The translations under genes were made by a program, and so were the position numbers. DNA of 63,245 nt, counting the filler, from Craspedostauros australis (lineage: Eukaryota), in assembly GCA_030167865.1 (NCBI GenBank). It is 17 parts of 17 records of this genome, joined end to end, with 100 filler letters (N's around TTAATTAATTAA, not from the genome) between each part and the next. Parts side by side here need not be neighbours in the genome. Positions count along the whole stretch, not along the records: positions 23,771 to 27,414 come from JALAGF010003757.1; positions 27,515 to 32,042 come from JALAGF010003758.1; positions 32,143 to 36,667 come from JALAGF010003759.1; 14 more parts are not named here. The stretch is one strand, 5' to 3'. Shown here one piece after another: positions 23,771 through 35,200 of the stretch. The notes beneath the pieces were generated by a model, which had not been told where the DNA came from, did no database searches, and was given only the letters and a program-made list of their open reading frames with translations. Every line of letters begins with the position of its first letter. The stretch's first letter is position 1.

Positions 23771-25799
23771 GTCGACGACTGCAACATTCAACACGGTCAT
23801 CCTCGTCGTGGTGGCAGCTGCCATCGGGACCATCAAAAAGAGGAACGACAACCTCGACGATGCCGAACTGCCTAATGACCTGGAGGGTCTGCGCTCCTGG
23901 AAGGTCACCATGCCCATCATGGCCATCGCCTACATCTACGGTGCCGTGCAGACCCTCAGAAGCTCCGCTCTCACCATGGAATGGGTCCAGTCCATCGACT
24001 TGTGCTTCCTAGCATCACTCGCCGTCTCTTTTCAACTGGAGCCACTCATGGAATCCAGACTCGACGAACGTCTGAACAAGCCGTTGTGGCCGATATTGTG
24101 CGCAGTCCATCTCTTCAACAGCCTGACGCCGCTCTCCATGGTCTCCATCCTGCGCCCAGCCTTGATGGCCCTCAAGAAGGGAGACGCTGCCGACGCCACC
24201 GTCACCAAGGACAGCAGCAGCAGCAAGGCTGATACGAAGCAGACGGAAAAGTCAGAAAGCTGGACGAGCCGGGATCAGATGCTGTCCGACATCTTCTGGG
24301 GTCTGGGTGCAACCATCACCATCATCGGCAACTTCTCCGAGATCGTCGGTCACGAATTCGACGGATGGGTGTACCTTCCCAAGTCAGAGTCATCGTCGGG
24401 ATGGACGAACTTCGTTTTCTGCCTGGGACTGTGCGGCGGCATGAGTGGCCTGGCTGCCGCCGTCACGCCAACAAACACCAAGAAAGTCGCACTGGCCTTC
24501 CTCCCGACGGTGCTGGTGGCGTTGGTACCGGTCACCTTGGGATGGAGCCAATCGATCAAGCCGATCGTGTTCTCATGCCAAGGATTGGCATCCGGCCTTG
24601 GTGCGTATGCTGTGGGAAGCACCTTCGGCAGCCACTGGCCATGGCTGTACTTCGTGCAGTCATTCAACATCGTGAGAAATGCATCCCGCATCCAGTCCAC
24701 CGGCATCCAGGCCTTGCATCTGATGACCTCATGCTTCGGTTTCTTTTCGTACACGGTTCCATTCGCTTTGAGTGTGAACAAGACAACGAAGTCGGCACCG
24801 CTGTGGGCTGTGCTCTTGGTGAGTGCCGCGTCGGTGTACTTGGGCGGTGAATTGGAGAACTACATTGCATCAACAGAGTGGGGACAGTCGACGGGCATTT
24901 ATTAGTGCACTCCCCCAATTGGATTGATGAGAGAAAGCCATCGCAGATTGGTGCAAGAGAATCTACAGCATTCACATTATAGTAGTACCAGTCACAAACA
25001 AAGCCAAGGCAACATGCTCGTACCCAGTGCTGGAATTCATGATCTCGCATGACGGCGGATTGCAACGGAAGTTGATTTCGCATACTCTGTGCTCTCTTCC
25101 GCAGGAGACGTGGTGTGCGCGCATACGCCATGCCCATAATCGCCTTTGCGACGACTACTCCGCGATGAGCGAGACAGAATAAAGATGGGCGAGGTGTATC
25201 GCGAAAGCTGAGGATCCTAGAATTAGTTGATAGTTGCATTTTTGAACGATCGTCGTCGCCCTCGCAATTCTTCTTGGAGCTGATTGCATTGCGCTGCTTG
25301 TCTCGAATCAAAATTCCCGTACGCTCTTCATCTCTCCCAGCCCGAAGAGACTTCGCGATACCAACCTGCCCTGGGCTGCTTTCGTGCCATCAGATTCAAT
25401 CCACACCGGCTGGTGGACACAAACTGCTTGGGAGGACAAGAGCGAAATCCATTTCGGTGGTGTATTTATGGTAGTATAGCTGTGCCATGATTTGGAGAGA
25501 TGCAATTGTGGGCGTTGGTGAGACCTTCATAGCTTGTGTGTGCGAAAACAAATTGCGAAGCACCGTGATCTTGGCATGTCAGTCAGGAGCATTGTGCGAA
25601 TAAAGCGAAAGACGAGAACAAAAATCAATCGCGGCCGCCCTGCGTCATAATTCCGCGCACAGTAGTGACGTACCGTAACCCACAGACCATCAATTCTGCA
25701 CTTGGTCACATTTTGTTCCGGCGAGTGGCAACGACGCAAATCTGATGCCATTTGAAGCATGTACGTGCATGTATTGGTACCGAACCGCAACATGCTTCC
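23771..25799 (+). repeat. Redundant overlap: reverse complement of 8090-10118, including a copy of the membrane-protein CDS ending at 24905
   Basis: Identical ORF translations with mirrored coordinates (sum 33889). Confidence 0.93.
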
Positions 25800-25886
25800 G
25801 CTCAAGGACAGTGCACAGTGCTCGTGGTTGTGCTTCGACACGTCTGTACTCCACTCTATTCGCTTGCGCGTGTTTTATCTGGTATT

Positions 25887-27414
25887 TTATTCTTCCTCCG
25901 TTTTGAAGTCTGCACTTTGCATGCTCGCTCGTTTGGTCAGGGTCTCGGAACTCCTGTGGCCAGTGTCTTTCACCATCTGCGAGAAGTCTCCCCCTTTCTC
26001 GATGAGGTTGATTGGTGTGTCGAACTCGACGATGTGTCCGCTGCTGAGCACGATGATCTTGTCGTACTCGATTACGGTATCCAGACGATAAGCAACGGCG
26101 ATGATTGTGGAATCCTTGAAGTTCGCTGACACGGCTTCTTGAAGCAGGCAGCAGGTCTGTTTCATTGTCGACGTTGGCCGATGGCTCATCAAGCACGAGT
26201 ATTTTCGTTTTCCTCAATGGTTCTCGCGAGACAGAGGAGCTGCCGTTGGCCGATAGAGAAATTCGAACCGTTCTCCGCGACGGTGGCCTGGAGTCCACCG
26301 GGGAGGTTCGCCACTGCATCCCGCATCTGCGCATCGGTAAGGGCAGAATTGATGGCATCGTCGTCAAATTGATTGAATGGGTCGATGTTCTCTCGCACGG
26401 TGGAGCCGGAAAACAACACTAGTACATGGCGCCTGGTTTGCGGTTCATGTCGATGTTTGCGACTGCCACCGCCGTCTTGTCCATTTTATCGCCAGCATCC
26501 TGCGCGACGCCAGCTTTCGTCGAAGCTCCGCCCTTGCCACCATCCATCGATCTTTCCAACTCAGGTAGAGTTGATTTGCTGGTTTCTCCCGATGAGCTCC
26601 AATGGCAAGTTACATCGAACAATTGAAGGAAGTAGTCGTTCGTGTCCAACGTGCTCGACGCCTTGTTCTGATTGATTTCTTCGGTTTCAAGGAACTTCTG
26701 GATGCGCTCAATGGACACCTTCACTTCAGAGTTGGCCTGCGTGTGAGGATGGTGCGAGTAGCATGTACGATGGGTGAGGACGCAGGACAAGCGCAAGGAT
26801 ACATGGTTGAAAGATTGAAAGAACAAGGGATTGTGCGTGTTTGCGTTGGCGTGGTTGTGCAGATGAAGATGGCAAGGAGTGAGATGCGTCGCGGTATGGA
26901 TTTGGGTGTGATGACACGAGTGCGAGTACAACTGGAGATGAAGATGGTGATGATCATCCGTTGTCATTTGCCTGCCAAAGAGTACGCAAACGCGCAACAT
27001 TCAGATACATGAACGTACCATGATCCCGAATGCAAAGAATTTGGTCATCGTGAGCTGCACCACATTGAGCAAGGTGAATGTGGTGAAGACGTGTCGCGCC
27101 GTGAGTTCATTTCCGCTGTACACGTGCACCAAGAAGATGACAGCGGACACGGTCGTATTGGCAGCGAAGAAGATGGCTTCGTTCCATGCCTTGAGCTTGG
27201 TCGCGTCTTGAATCGCGGATGTCTCCTTCTGTCGCAAATCCTTGATCTTGTTGAGGAAGGCCAGTTCCCACCCCATCATCTTGACGACGCGAATGCCGGC
27301 GATGACCTGCGATACCATGGTGACGCGGCTGTCCGTGATCTGCGCGATCTTGGAACGGAAGTGTACAAAGCGGATGCCGAGGTAGAACTGCACGATGATG
27401 AAACAGAAGAGCAG
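25887..27414 (-). pseudogene. ABCC/MRP-type ABC transporter, internally deleted and frameshifted; intron at 26737-27018
   Basis: TMD1 motifs (TDSRV..VSQVIAGIRVVKMMGWE; VSIERIQKFL), a stop after KPGAMY, then directly NBD2 motifs (LFSG.TVRENIDPF, ENGSNFSIGQRQLLCLAR; ILVLDEPSANVD in another frame; TIIAVAYRLDTVIEYDKI in a third). Intron is GTACGT...CAG. Confidence 0.85.
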
Positions 27415-27592
27415 NNNNNNNNNNNNNNNNNNNNNNNNNNNNNNNNNNNNNNNNNNNNTTAATTAATTAANNNNNNNNNNNNNNNNNNNNNNNNNNNNNN
27501 NNNNNNNNNNNNNNTAATCGCTATTGTAGCTCGTCGTAGTCTGCTGCAGCACCAAATGGCTCATGCATCCTTCCATTCATGTTGACATCCGT

Positions 27593-30500
27593 TTACTCAT
27601 GATCTGTTAGAATCGAGACATCCTCATCTTGGGACGTCTCATCCGTACCCTTATTGCGGGTGTACCTCGCTTCAACAGTGTGTGTCAGGCTTCTGGCTGT
27701 TGATTGCTTCCGTCCGACACTTCCTACCATCACGCTCTGAACGTCTGTGCCAAAGTGCAGCTGGAGACGGTTGGTGGTTGCTCGCAGATACGGAGGGAGT
27801 GTCGCTATGTCGGACAGCGGTTCCTGTATCTTGATGAGCCGGCCAACCTGCGCTTGGTCGATATACCTTGAGTGCCTCTGCAGAAGATCATCGACCTTGG
27901 CTGTGGCTCCCCATCGGTGGTAGTATGTGCATGCTTGAGTCATGTACTTGGTGGCGTCGGCGTCCATCTTCAGGAGGATCAGGTAATTCGCAAAGCGTTC
28001 GCATGCAAGCCCAGCCTCGTGGACGTGGCCAACTTCGCTCGACACGTAGATCGCATCCCGGAATGCCGCCTTGACTGCATCAATGCTGGTCTTGTCACCT
28101 TGCTTCGATGTTGCTGCGATGTATTCGGCCCGGATGATGAGATGCCTGTTCTTGTGGCATTCACCCCTTGTGGTCCAGGCTGATTTGCTGTTCTTGTAAG
28201 TGGTCTTGAGCAGTCGCTTGAACTTGGAACGCTTGGTGTCACGGTATAACGAGGCAGCCATTAGGCCGACGTAAAGGAACCGAGCACTTTGATAATGGTA
28301 TCCTGGATCGTCGGAAGCATCCTTGTTGAGGCGTTCAAAGAGTGGGAGCATGGCATCAAACCTCTGGAAGTAGGTGGCCAGGAGGATTCTGGCCAAATAC
28401 CCAGCAAGAAGGACGAAGGCGGTCTCCAGCGTTTTGGTGACACCCCCACCAAAGTGGGCAACTTCATCCCAGTCTATCTTGTTTTTCCCAAGCAGGATCG
28501 CCGGGACGTTGCCGTGCTGCTTGGACCAGTTTATTTGCGATGACACTTTGAATAGTGCCATCTGCTCAAACATCGACTTGTATGACTGTTCCATCTCTTG
28601 CACGGGATACCCCTCCCCTGAAGCGACCGTGTTGCCGCATTGCCAGCAGAAGAAGGCAGTCTCGAAGTCGCCCTGCTGCATGCAGGCAGGATAGCCTCGA
28701 TGCATTTTCTCAATGATCGAAGCTGCTGGTTCATGCCACCCAGATACGAAGAGGCCATTGATCATGTCGACCCATGCCTTGATGTAGGGGTCACGATTCC
28801 GTCGTATGATGGCATTCGCTATGCCAGCAAGGCGTACCGCCATGTCTTGATTGCCTAGGCCAGCTTGTACTGCGCCGAAGCTGACAAAACCCAAGGCAGC
28901 CTCTGGACAAAGTCCGTGGTGGATCGCCATCCGTACTGTCTTCATCGATGACATCATCCATTCCACCGCTTCTCCTCCGGTGAACGCACAGACCATGATC
29001 TGGAACATGAACTTGTTCATGACCTTCTTCTTGTTGTCGCGCAATTCTGGAAGTGCCAGGATCTGCTCGTCGGTGTGCTTCGCAAAGTACACCTTCAGCA
29101 AACACAGATCCCGAATCACGTGAAGCAAATATCCTCGCTTGGGGTACTTTCCGAGCAAGCGGATAGCTCTCCTGCTCAGCTGCATGCAGATATTTTGCTT
29201 GTCCTCCCTTGCGTATGCTGCTGCCATACAGGAGTATACCGGAAGCTTCTGCTCGATCGTTTCTGCCCTCTCCAAAACCTCTTGACCCAAACCATACCCG
29301 AGCTGGTAATGGCCCAGAGTGAGCTCTGCGTCAGCTCGGAGCTGATGTAGACGAAGCGAAAGATCGTAATAATCTTCCCACGGGCTGCGGAGCCTGCGGA
29401 ATGCATTGTGAGCCAGCTGCAAGTACACGGCGGCCGGTGCCATCGCTGCCATCTTCAATGCCTGCTCTCCGACTTCCAAGTTGAGCTGAAGCGAGAATAG
29501 ATGATCCTTGGTTGGTATGCAGTTGAGATGATCGGCGGCAACGAAGAGCAGGCTCGCATCGATGGTTGGGAGTGGCCGGACATCACCGTCGCTGCTGCTG
29601 CTTCTGGACGTGGATAAAGATGTCGGTGTTGTTGCAAGCGGAAGTTGGTTCTGTTCGCAGTACAACCTCCAGATGTGCAAGCCGATCCGATGTTTCAGCT
29701 TGCTTCTCGTTTCGCCGAATGGGACGAGTCCCAATGCTGCCTGCTGGATGCGATCATGGGCGAAACGGAATGTCTTGCTCCCGACTGTGTTGGAGAGGAG
29801 ACCTTCCAGCACCGCCTGTTCCAGCTGATCCAACAGTGCCATTGAGCCCATTCCAGATGTTGGGAGCGTCTCTGCTGCTCCTCCGCCTCCATCGTGCTTG
29901 GTGGTGTCCGAGTCTGCAAAAACGAAACCGTCTATCGGAGGCTTATGAGTGCTCTCTTCTCTCAGCACAGACTCCAGTAGATCGAAATCAAAGCTGAAGC
30001 GGATGTACGACGCGATGATCAGCGCTGTACGAAGCTCGGCGGGCTGGTTGTTGAGCTTCATCGCCATGAGCTGGACCACGTTGCCTGCAGATGCGAATGT
30101 TCGCGCCCGAAGCTGTTTGTCTCCATCTTGGGACATGCTCAGATCGTTGCTGCCGAGGGATGCATCATCAGGGATATGCCACTCCCATTGGAACGAGATG
30201 CGGCTGTACACGACGGCATTGCACCGCTCAAGCTCCTCCAGGAGCTGCAGCATGAAGAAGACGTTGCCTTCCGTCTTGGCGTAGATCTTGGATGTCAACG
30301 GTTGCAGCTCCTCCACTTCGCGGTCAAGAAGCTGCGACAGCCACAGTCCGACATCATCCTGCGTCATGTTGGTGAGATGGATGTCGGTCCATACCGCGCT
30401 TGCGTCTTGTGCTCCTGATGGTTTGGGCCAGGATTGGGGATGATTGGGAGACGCATGGTCTTCGGCATGATGTTGAGAGCTATGCAGCTTGTCAAACATG

Positions 30501-31702
30501 CTGGCAAGTGGAGACAACGATTCCAGCTCCAAGGTTTGGTTGGTGTGTGGATTTTCTTCCTGGCGGATGGCACCGATCAAGAGGAAGTTGCTGAGCTGCT
30601 TGTCTTGCAGCAAGGTGGTGAGAAGATCCAAGGCCACTTGGGAGCTCCACTGCATGTCATCAAGGAACATGACGACTGGTCGCTTCCTCGTTGCGATGGC
30701 CTTGATGAATGTTCCGAACATGTACTGTAGCTTGTTCCATGCCTTGTCGCTGGAGGCCACCATCTGCTCCACGGCATCACTTTCGAGGTTGGAGCCTGTG
30801 CGTTGGTTTCCTCCTTGGATTTGATCTCTTGTCGATGATACTGCAGATGATGGTGGTGCCGGCGATGCTCCTCCACCGGCCTTCCTTCCCTTGCTTGCCT
30901 TCTTCTCGCACAGCCCATCATCATGCGAGGACTTGGTCTCCAGCAAGGATGCGATGGATGGTACCATGGTTGCCATTGTTTGGACTTCGCCGTCCAGAGC
31001 ATTGCGAATGATGTCGGTCATCCGTTGGCGTTCATCTTTGGGTCCGCTGATGACCTGTTGGCAAAAGTCGTTCAAGGTCTGAACGATGGCCGAGAATGGG
31101 TCCTTGGATCCTGTGCTTTCATCGTTCTTTCCTTGGATGAAGTATGTGCATTGCGTTGGCTGTGCGTCGTTGAAGTCAGTGTTGGCGTCGACTGCTGAGT
31201 CGTCAGCATTATTGCCGTAATCACTGGCAATGCCAAGAGACGCTGCAAACTGCTTGACGAGTCTGGATTTGCCAGTTCCGCTGAGTCCCCATAGGAACGC
31301 GGCAGGCAGTGTTGGGCCGGTGGATCGAATGCCAGCTTTGGCATCGCGAGGTTGGCTCGCAGCTGGTGAGGCGTCATGAAGGCTATGGTGACGATCGTCG
31401 TCATCGGGCGCCTTGCGGTTGTCGTTGTGCTTTCGATTTCGGTGTGCTCGCTTTCCTCCTTTCCGATCGCTCCTGTTGTGAGATGATCGTACGATGTCTT
31501 CGAAGGCAGCCTTCAATTGATCCAGCTCCTTTGATCGACCGAAGAACTGGGTGTTGCGAAAATCCAGCTTGGAGTGGATCTGCGCAGCTAACTCTGTCTC
31601 GTTGTATCCATCATCGTAAAAGTCGTTGCCGGACGTGAACGTGACCGCAGTCTGCGCCGTTGACGACAGCCTTGTGTTGTTGCTTGAGATGGACCTCGCC
31701 AT
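27593..31702 (-). CDS. Large STAND-like P-loop ATPase (AAA_16/COG3899-type) with helical/TPR-like C-terminus, allele A (1369 aa)
   Basis: FFGRSKEL, Walker A GLSGTGKS, Walker B VVMFLDDMQW, KTEGNVFF, FRFAHDRIQQAA, and C-terminal Y..WGA.AKV. Confidence 0.85.
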   Translation of the reverse strand: MARSISSNNTRLSSTAQTAVTFTSGNDFYDDGYNETELAAQIHSKLDFRNTQFFGRSKELDQLKAAFEDIVRSSHNRSDRKGGKRAHRNRKHNDNRKAPDDDDRHHSLHDASPAASQPRDAKAGIRSTGPTLPAAFLWGLSGTGKSRLVKQFAASLGIASDYGNNADDSAVDANTDFNDAQPTQCTYFIQGKNDESTGSKDPFSAIVQTLNDFCQQVISGPKDERQRMTDIIRNALDGEVQTMATMVPSIASLLETKSSHDDGLCEKKASKGRKAGGGASPAPPSSAVSSTRDQIQGGNQRTGSNLESDAVEQMVASSDKAWNKLQYMFGTFIKAIATRKRPVVMFLDDMQWSSQVALDLLTTLLQDKQLSNFLLIGAIRQEENPHTNQTLELESLSPLASMFDKLHSSQHHAEDHASPNHPQSWPKPSGAQDASAVWTDIHLTNMTQDDVGLWLSQLLDREVEELQPLTSKIYAKTEGNVFFMLQLLEELERCNAVVYSRISFQWEWHIPDDASLGSNDLSMSQDGDKQLRARTFASAGNVVQLMAMKLNNQPAELRTALIIASYIRFSFDFDLLESVLREESTHKPPIDGFVFADSDTTKHDGGGGAAETLPTSGMGSMALLDQLEQAVLEGLLSNTVGSKTFRFAHDRIQQAALGLVPFGETRSKLKHRIGLHIWRLYCEQNQLPLATTPTSLSTSRSSSSDGDVRPLPTIDASLLFVAADHLNCIPTKDHLFSLQLNLEVGEQALKMAAMAPAAVYLQLAHNAFRRLRSPWEDYYDLSLRLHQLRADAELTLGHYQLGYGLGQEVLERAETIEQKLPVYSCMAAAYAREDKQNICMQLSRRAIRLLGKYPKRGYLLHVIRDLCLLKVYFAKHTDEQILALPELRDNKKKVMNKFMFQIMVCAFTGGEAVEWMMSSMKTVRMAIHHGLCPEAALGFVSFGAVQAGLGNQDMAVRLAGIANAIIRRNRDPYIKAWVDMINGLFVSGWHEPAASIIEKMHRGYPACMQQGDFETAFFCWQCGNTVASGEGYPVQEMEQSYKSMFEQMALFKVSSQINWSKQHGNVPAILLGKNKIDWDEVAHFGGGVTKTLETAFVLLAGYLARILLATYFQRFDAMLPLFERLNKDASDDPGYHYQSARFLYVGLMAASLYRDTKRSKFKRLLKTTYKNSKSAWTTRGECHKNRHLIIRAEYIAATSKQGDKTSIDAVKAAFRDAIYVSSEVGHVHEAGLACERFANYLILLKMDADATKYMTQACTYYHRWGATAKVDDLLQRHSRYIDQAQVGRLIKIQEPLSDIATLPPYLRATTNRLQLHFGTDVQSVMVGSVGRKQSTARSLTHTVEARYTRNKGTDETSQDEDVSILTDHE

Positions 31703-32220
31703 GGCCAGCAGGTTCGATGGAATAGTGCTTAGAGTATTATTCTAAACGAATAGAGTACTTTGGTACTCAACTCAACTCAACTCCACTTTGCTTTTGCTTG
31801 GCTTGGCTTCTATTCCACAACAATGGAATATACTAATGCTTGCTTTTGAATTGTGCGTTATCTCCTCGTGTGTCACTTTTGGCGGCGGCGATGGGCTGAC
31901 AGGGATGGGTTGCTGTTGTGATGGTGTTATTTGGTGGAAACGCAGTGGTGTCGCGTTTGTAGTGACGTTGTCAGGGTTTGTGAACCAAACAGAAGAGACG
32001 CTTCCCACGATGTCGCAGAGAGGCGTTTTTGTGAAGGACACCNNNNNNNNNNNNNNNNNNNNNNNNNNNNNNNNNNNNNNNNNNNNTTAATTAATTAANN
32101 NNNNNNNNNNNNNNNNNNNNNNNNNNNNNNNNNNNNNNNNNNTAATCGCTATTGTAGCTCGTCGTAGTCTGCTGCAGCACCAAATGGCTCATGCATCCTT
32201 CCATTCATGTTGACATCCGT

Positions 32221-35200
32221 TTACTCATGATCTGTTAGAATCGAGACATCCTCATCTTGGGACGTCTCATCCGTACCCTTATTGCGGGTGTACCTCGCTT
32301 CAACAGTGTGTGTCAGGCTTCTGGCTGTTGATTGCTTCCGTCCGACACTTCCTACCATCACGCTCTGAACGTCTGTGCCAAAGTGCAGCTGGAGACGGTT
32401 GGTGGTTGCTCGCAGATACGGAGGGAGTGTCGCTATGTCGGACAGCGGTTCCTGTATCTTGATGAGCCGGCCAACCTGCGCTTGGTCGATATACCTTGAG
32501 TGCCTCTGCAGAAGATCATCGACCTTGGCTGTGGCTCCCCATCGGTGGTAGTATGTGCATGCTTGAGTCATGTACTTGGTGGCGTCGGCGTCCATCTTCA
32601 GGAGGATCAGGTAATTCGCAAAGCGTTCGCATGCAAGCCCAGCCTCGTGGACGTGGCCAACTTCGCTCGACACGTAGATCGCATCCCGGAATGCCGCCTT
32701 GACTGCATCAATGCTGGTCTTGTCACCTTGCTTCGATGTTGCTGCGATGTATTCGGCCCGGATGATGAGATGCCTGTTCTTGTGGCATTCACCCCTTGTG
32801 GTCCAGGCTGATTTGCTGTTCTTGTAAGTGGTCTTGAGCAGTCGCTTGAACTTGGAACGCTTGGTGTCACGGTATAACGAGGCAGCCATTAGGCCGACGT
32901 AAAGGAACCGAGCACTTTGATAATGGTATCCTGGATCGTCGGAAGCATCCTTGTTGAGGCGTTCAAAGAGTGGGAGCATGGCATCAAACCTCTGGAAGTA
33001 GGTGGCCAGGAGGATTCTGGCCAAATACCCAGCAAGAAGGACGAAGGCGGTCTCCAGCGTTTTGGTGACACCCCCACCAAAGTGGGCAACTTCATCCCAG
33101 TCTATCTTGTTTTTCCCAAGCAGGATCGCCGGGACGTTGCCGTGCTGCTTGGACCAGTTTATTTGCGATGACACTTTGAATAGTGCCATCTGCTCAAACA
33201 TCGACTTGTATGACTGTTCCATCTCTTGCACGGGATACCCCTCCCCTGAAGCGACCGTGTTGCCGCATTGCCAGCAGAAGAAGGCAGTCTCGAAGTCGCC
33301 CTGCTGCATGCAGGCAGGATAGCCTCGATGCATTTTCTCAATGATCGAAGCTGCTGGTTCATGCCACCCAGATACGAAGAGGCCATTGATCATGTCGACC
33401 CATGCCTTGATGTAGGGGTCACGATTCCGTCGTATGATGGCATTCGCTATGCCAGCAAGGCGTACCGCCATGTCTTGATTGCCTAGGCCAGCTTGTACTG
33501 CGCCGAAGCTGACAAAACCCAAGGCAGCCTCTGGACAAAGTCCGTGGTGGATCGCCATCCGTACTGTCTTCATCGATGACATCATCCATTCCACCGCTTC
33601 TCCTCCGGTGAACGCACAGACCATGATCTGGAACATGAACTTGTTCATGACCTTCTTCTTGTTGTCGCGCAATTCTGGAAGTGCCAGGATCTGCTCGTCG
33701 GTGTGCTTCGCAAAGTACACCTTCAGCAAACACAGATCCCGAATCACGTGAAGCAAATATCCTCGCTTGGGGTACTTTCCGAGCAAGCGGATAGCTCTCC
33801 TGCTCAGCTGCATGCAGATATTTTGCTTGTCCTCCCTTGCGTATGCTGCTGCCATACAGGAGTATACCGGAAGCTTCTGCTCGATCGTTTCTGCCCTCTC
33901 CAAAACCTCTTGACCCAAACCATACCCGAGCTGGTAATGGCCCAGAGTGAGCTCTGCGTCAGCTCGGAGCTGATGTAGACGAAGCGAAAGATCGTAATAA
34001 TCTTCCCACGGGCTGCGGAGCCTGCGGAATGCATTGTGAGCCAGCTGCAAGTACACGGCGGCCGGTGCCATCGCTGCCATCTTCAATGCCTGCTCTCCGA
34101 CTTCCAAGTTGAGCTGAAGCGAGAATAGATGATCCTTGGTTGGTATGCAGTTGAGATGATCGGCGGCAACGAAGAGCAGGCTCGCATCGATGGTTGGGAG
34201 TGGCCGGACATCACCGTCGCTGCTGCTGCTTCTGGACGTGGATAAAGATGTCGGTGTTGTTGCAAGCGGAAGTTGGTTCTGTTCGCAGTACAACCTCCAG
34301 ATGTGCAAGCCGATCCGATGTTTCAGCTTGCTTCTCGTTTCGCCGAATGGGACGAGTCCCAATGCTGCCTGCTGGATGCGATCATGGGCGAAACGGAATG
34401 TCTTGCTCCCGACTGTGTTGGAGAGGAGACCTTCCAGCACCGCCTGTTCCAGCTGATCCAACAGTGCCATTGAGCCCATTCCAGATGTTGGGAGCGTCTC
34501 TGCTGCTCCTCCGCCTCCATCGTGCTTGGTGGTGTCCGAGTCTGCAAAAACGAAACCGTCTATCGGAGGCTTATGAGTGCTCTCTTCTCTCAGCACAGAC
34601 TCCAGTAGATCGAAATCAAAGCTGAAGCGGATGTACGACGCGATGATCAGCGCTGTACGAAGCTCGGCGGGCTGGTTGTTGAGCTTCATCGCCATGAGCT
34701 GGACCACGTTGCCTGCAGATGCGAATGTTCGCGCCCGAAGCTGTTTGTCTCCATCTTGGGACATGCTCAGATCGTTGCTGCCGAGGGATGCATCATCAGG
34801 GATATGCCACTCCCATTGGAACGAGATGCGGCTGTACACGACGGCATTGCACCGCTCAAGCTCCTCCAGGAGCTGCAGCATGAAGAAGACGTTGCCTTCC
34901 GTCTTGGCGTAGATCTTGGATGTCAACGGTTGCAGCTCCTCCACTTCGCGGTCAAGAAGCTGCGACAGCCACAGTCCGACATCATCCTGCGTCATGTTGG
35001 TGAGATGGATGTCGGTCCATACCGCGCTTGCGTCTTGTGCTCCTGATGGTTTGGGCCAGGATTGGGGATGATTGGGAGACGCATGGTCTTCGGCATGATG
35101 TTGAGAGCTATGCAGCTTGTCAAACATGCTGGCAAGTGGAGACAACGATTCCAGCTCCAAGGTTTGGTTGGTGTGTGGATTTTCTTCCTGGCGGATGGCA

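Noticed and set aside
8090..25799. Apparent 2-kb inverted repeats flanking a 13-kb 'composite transposon'
   Set aside because: The second arm starts right after a spacer and is an overlapping contig in the opposite orientation; no transposase is present.
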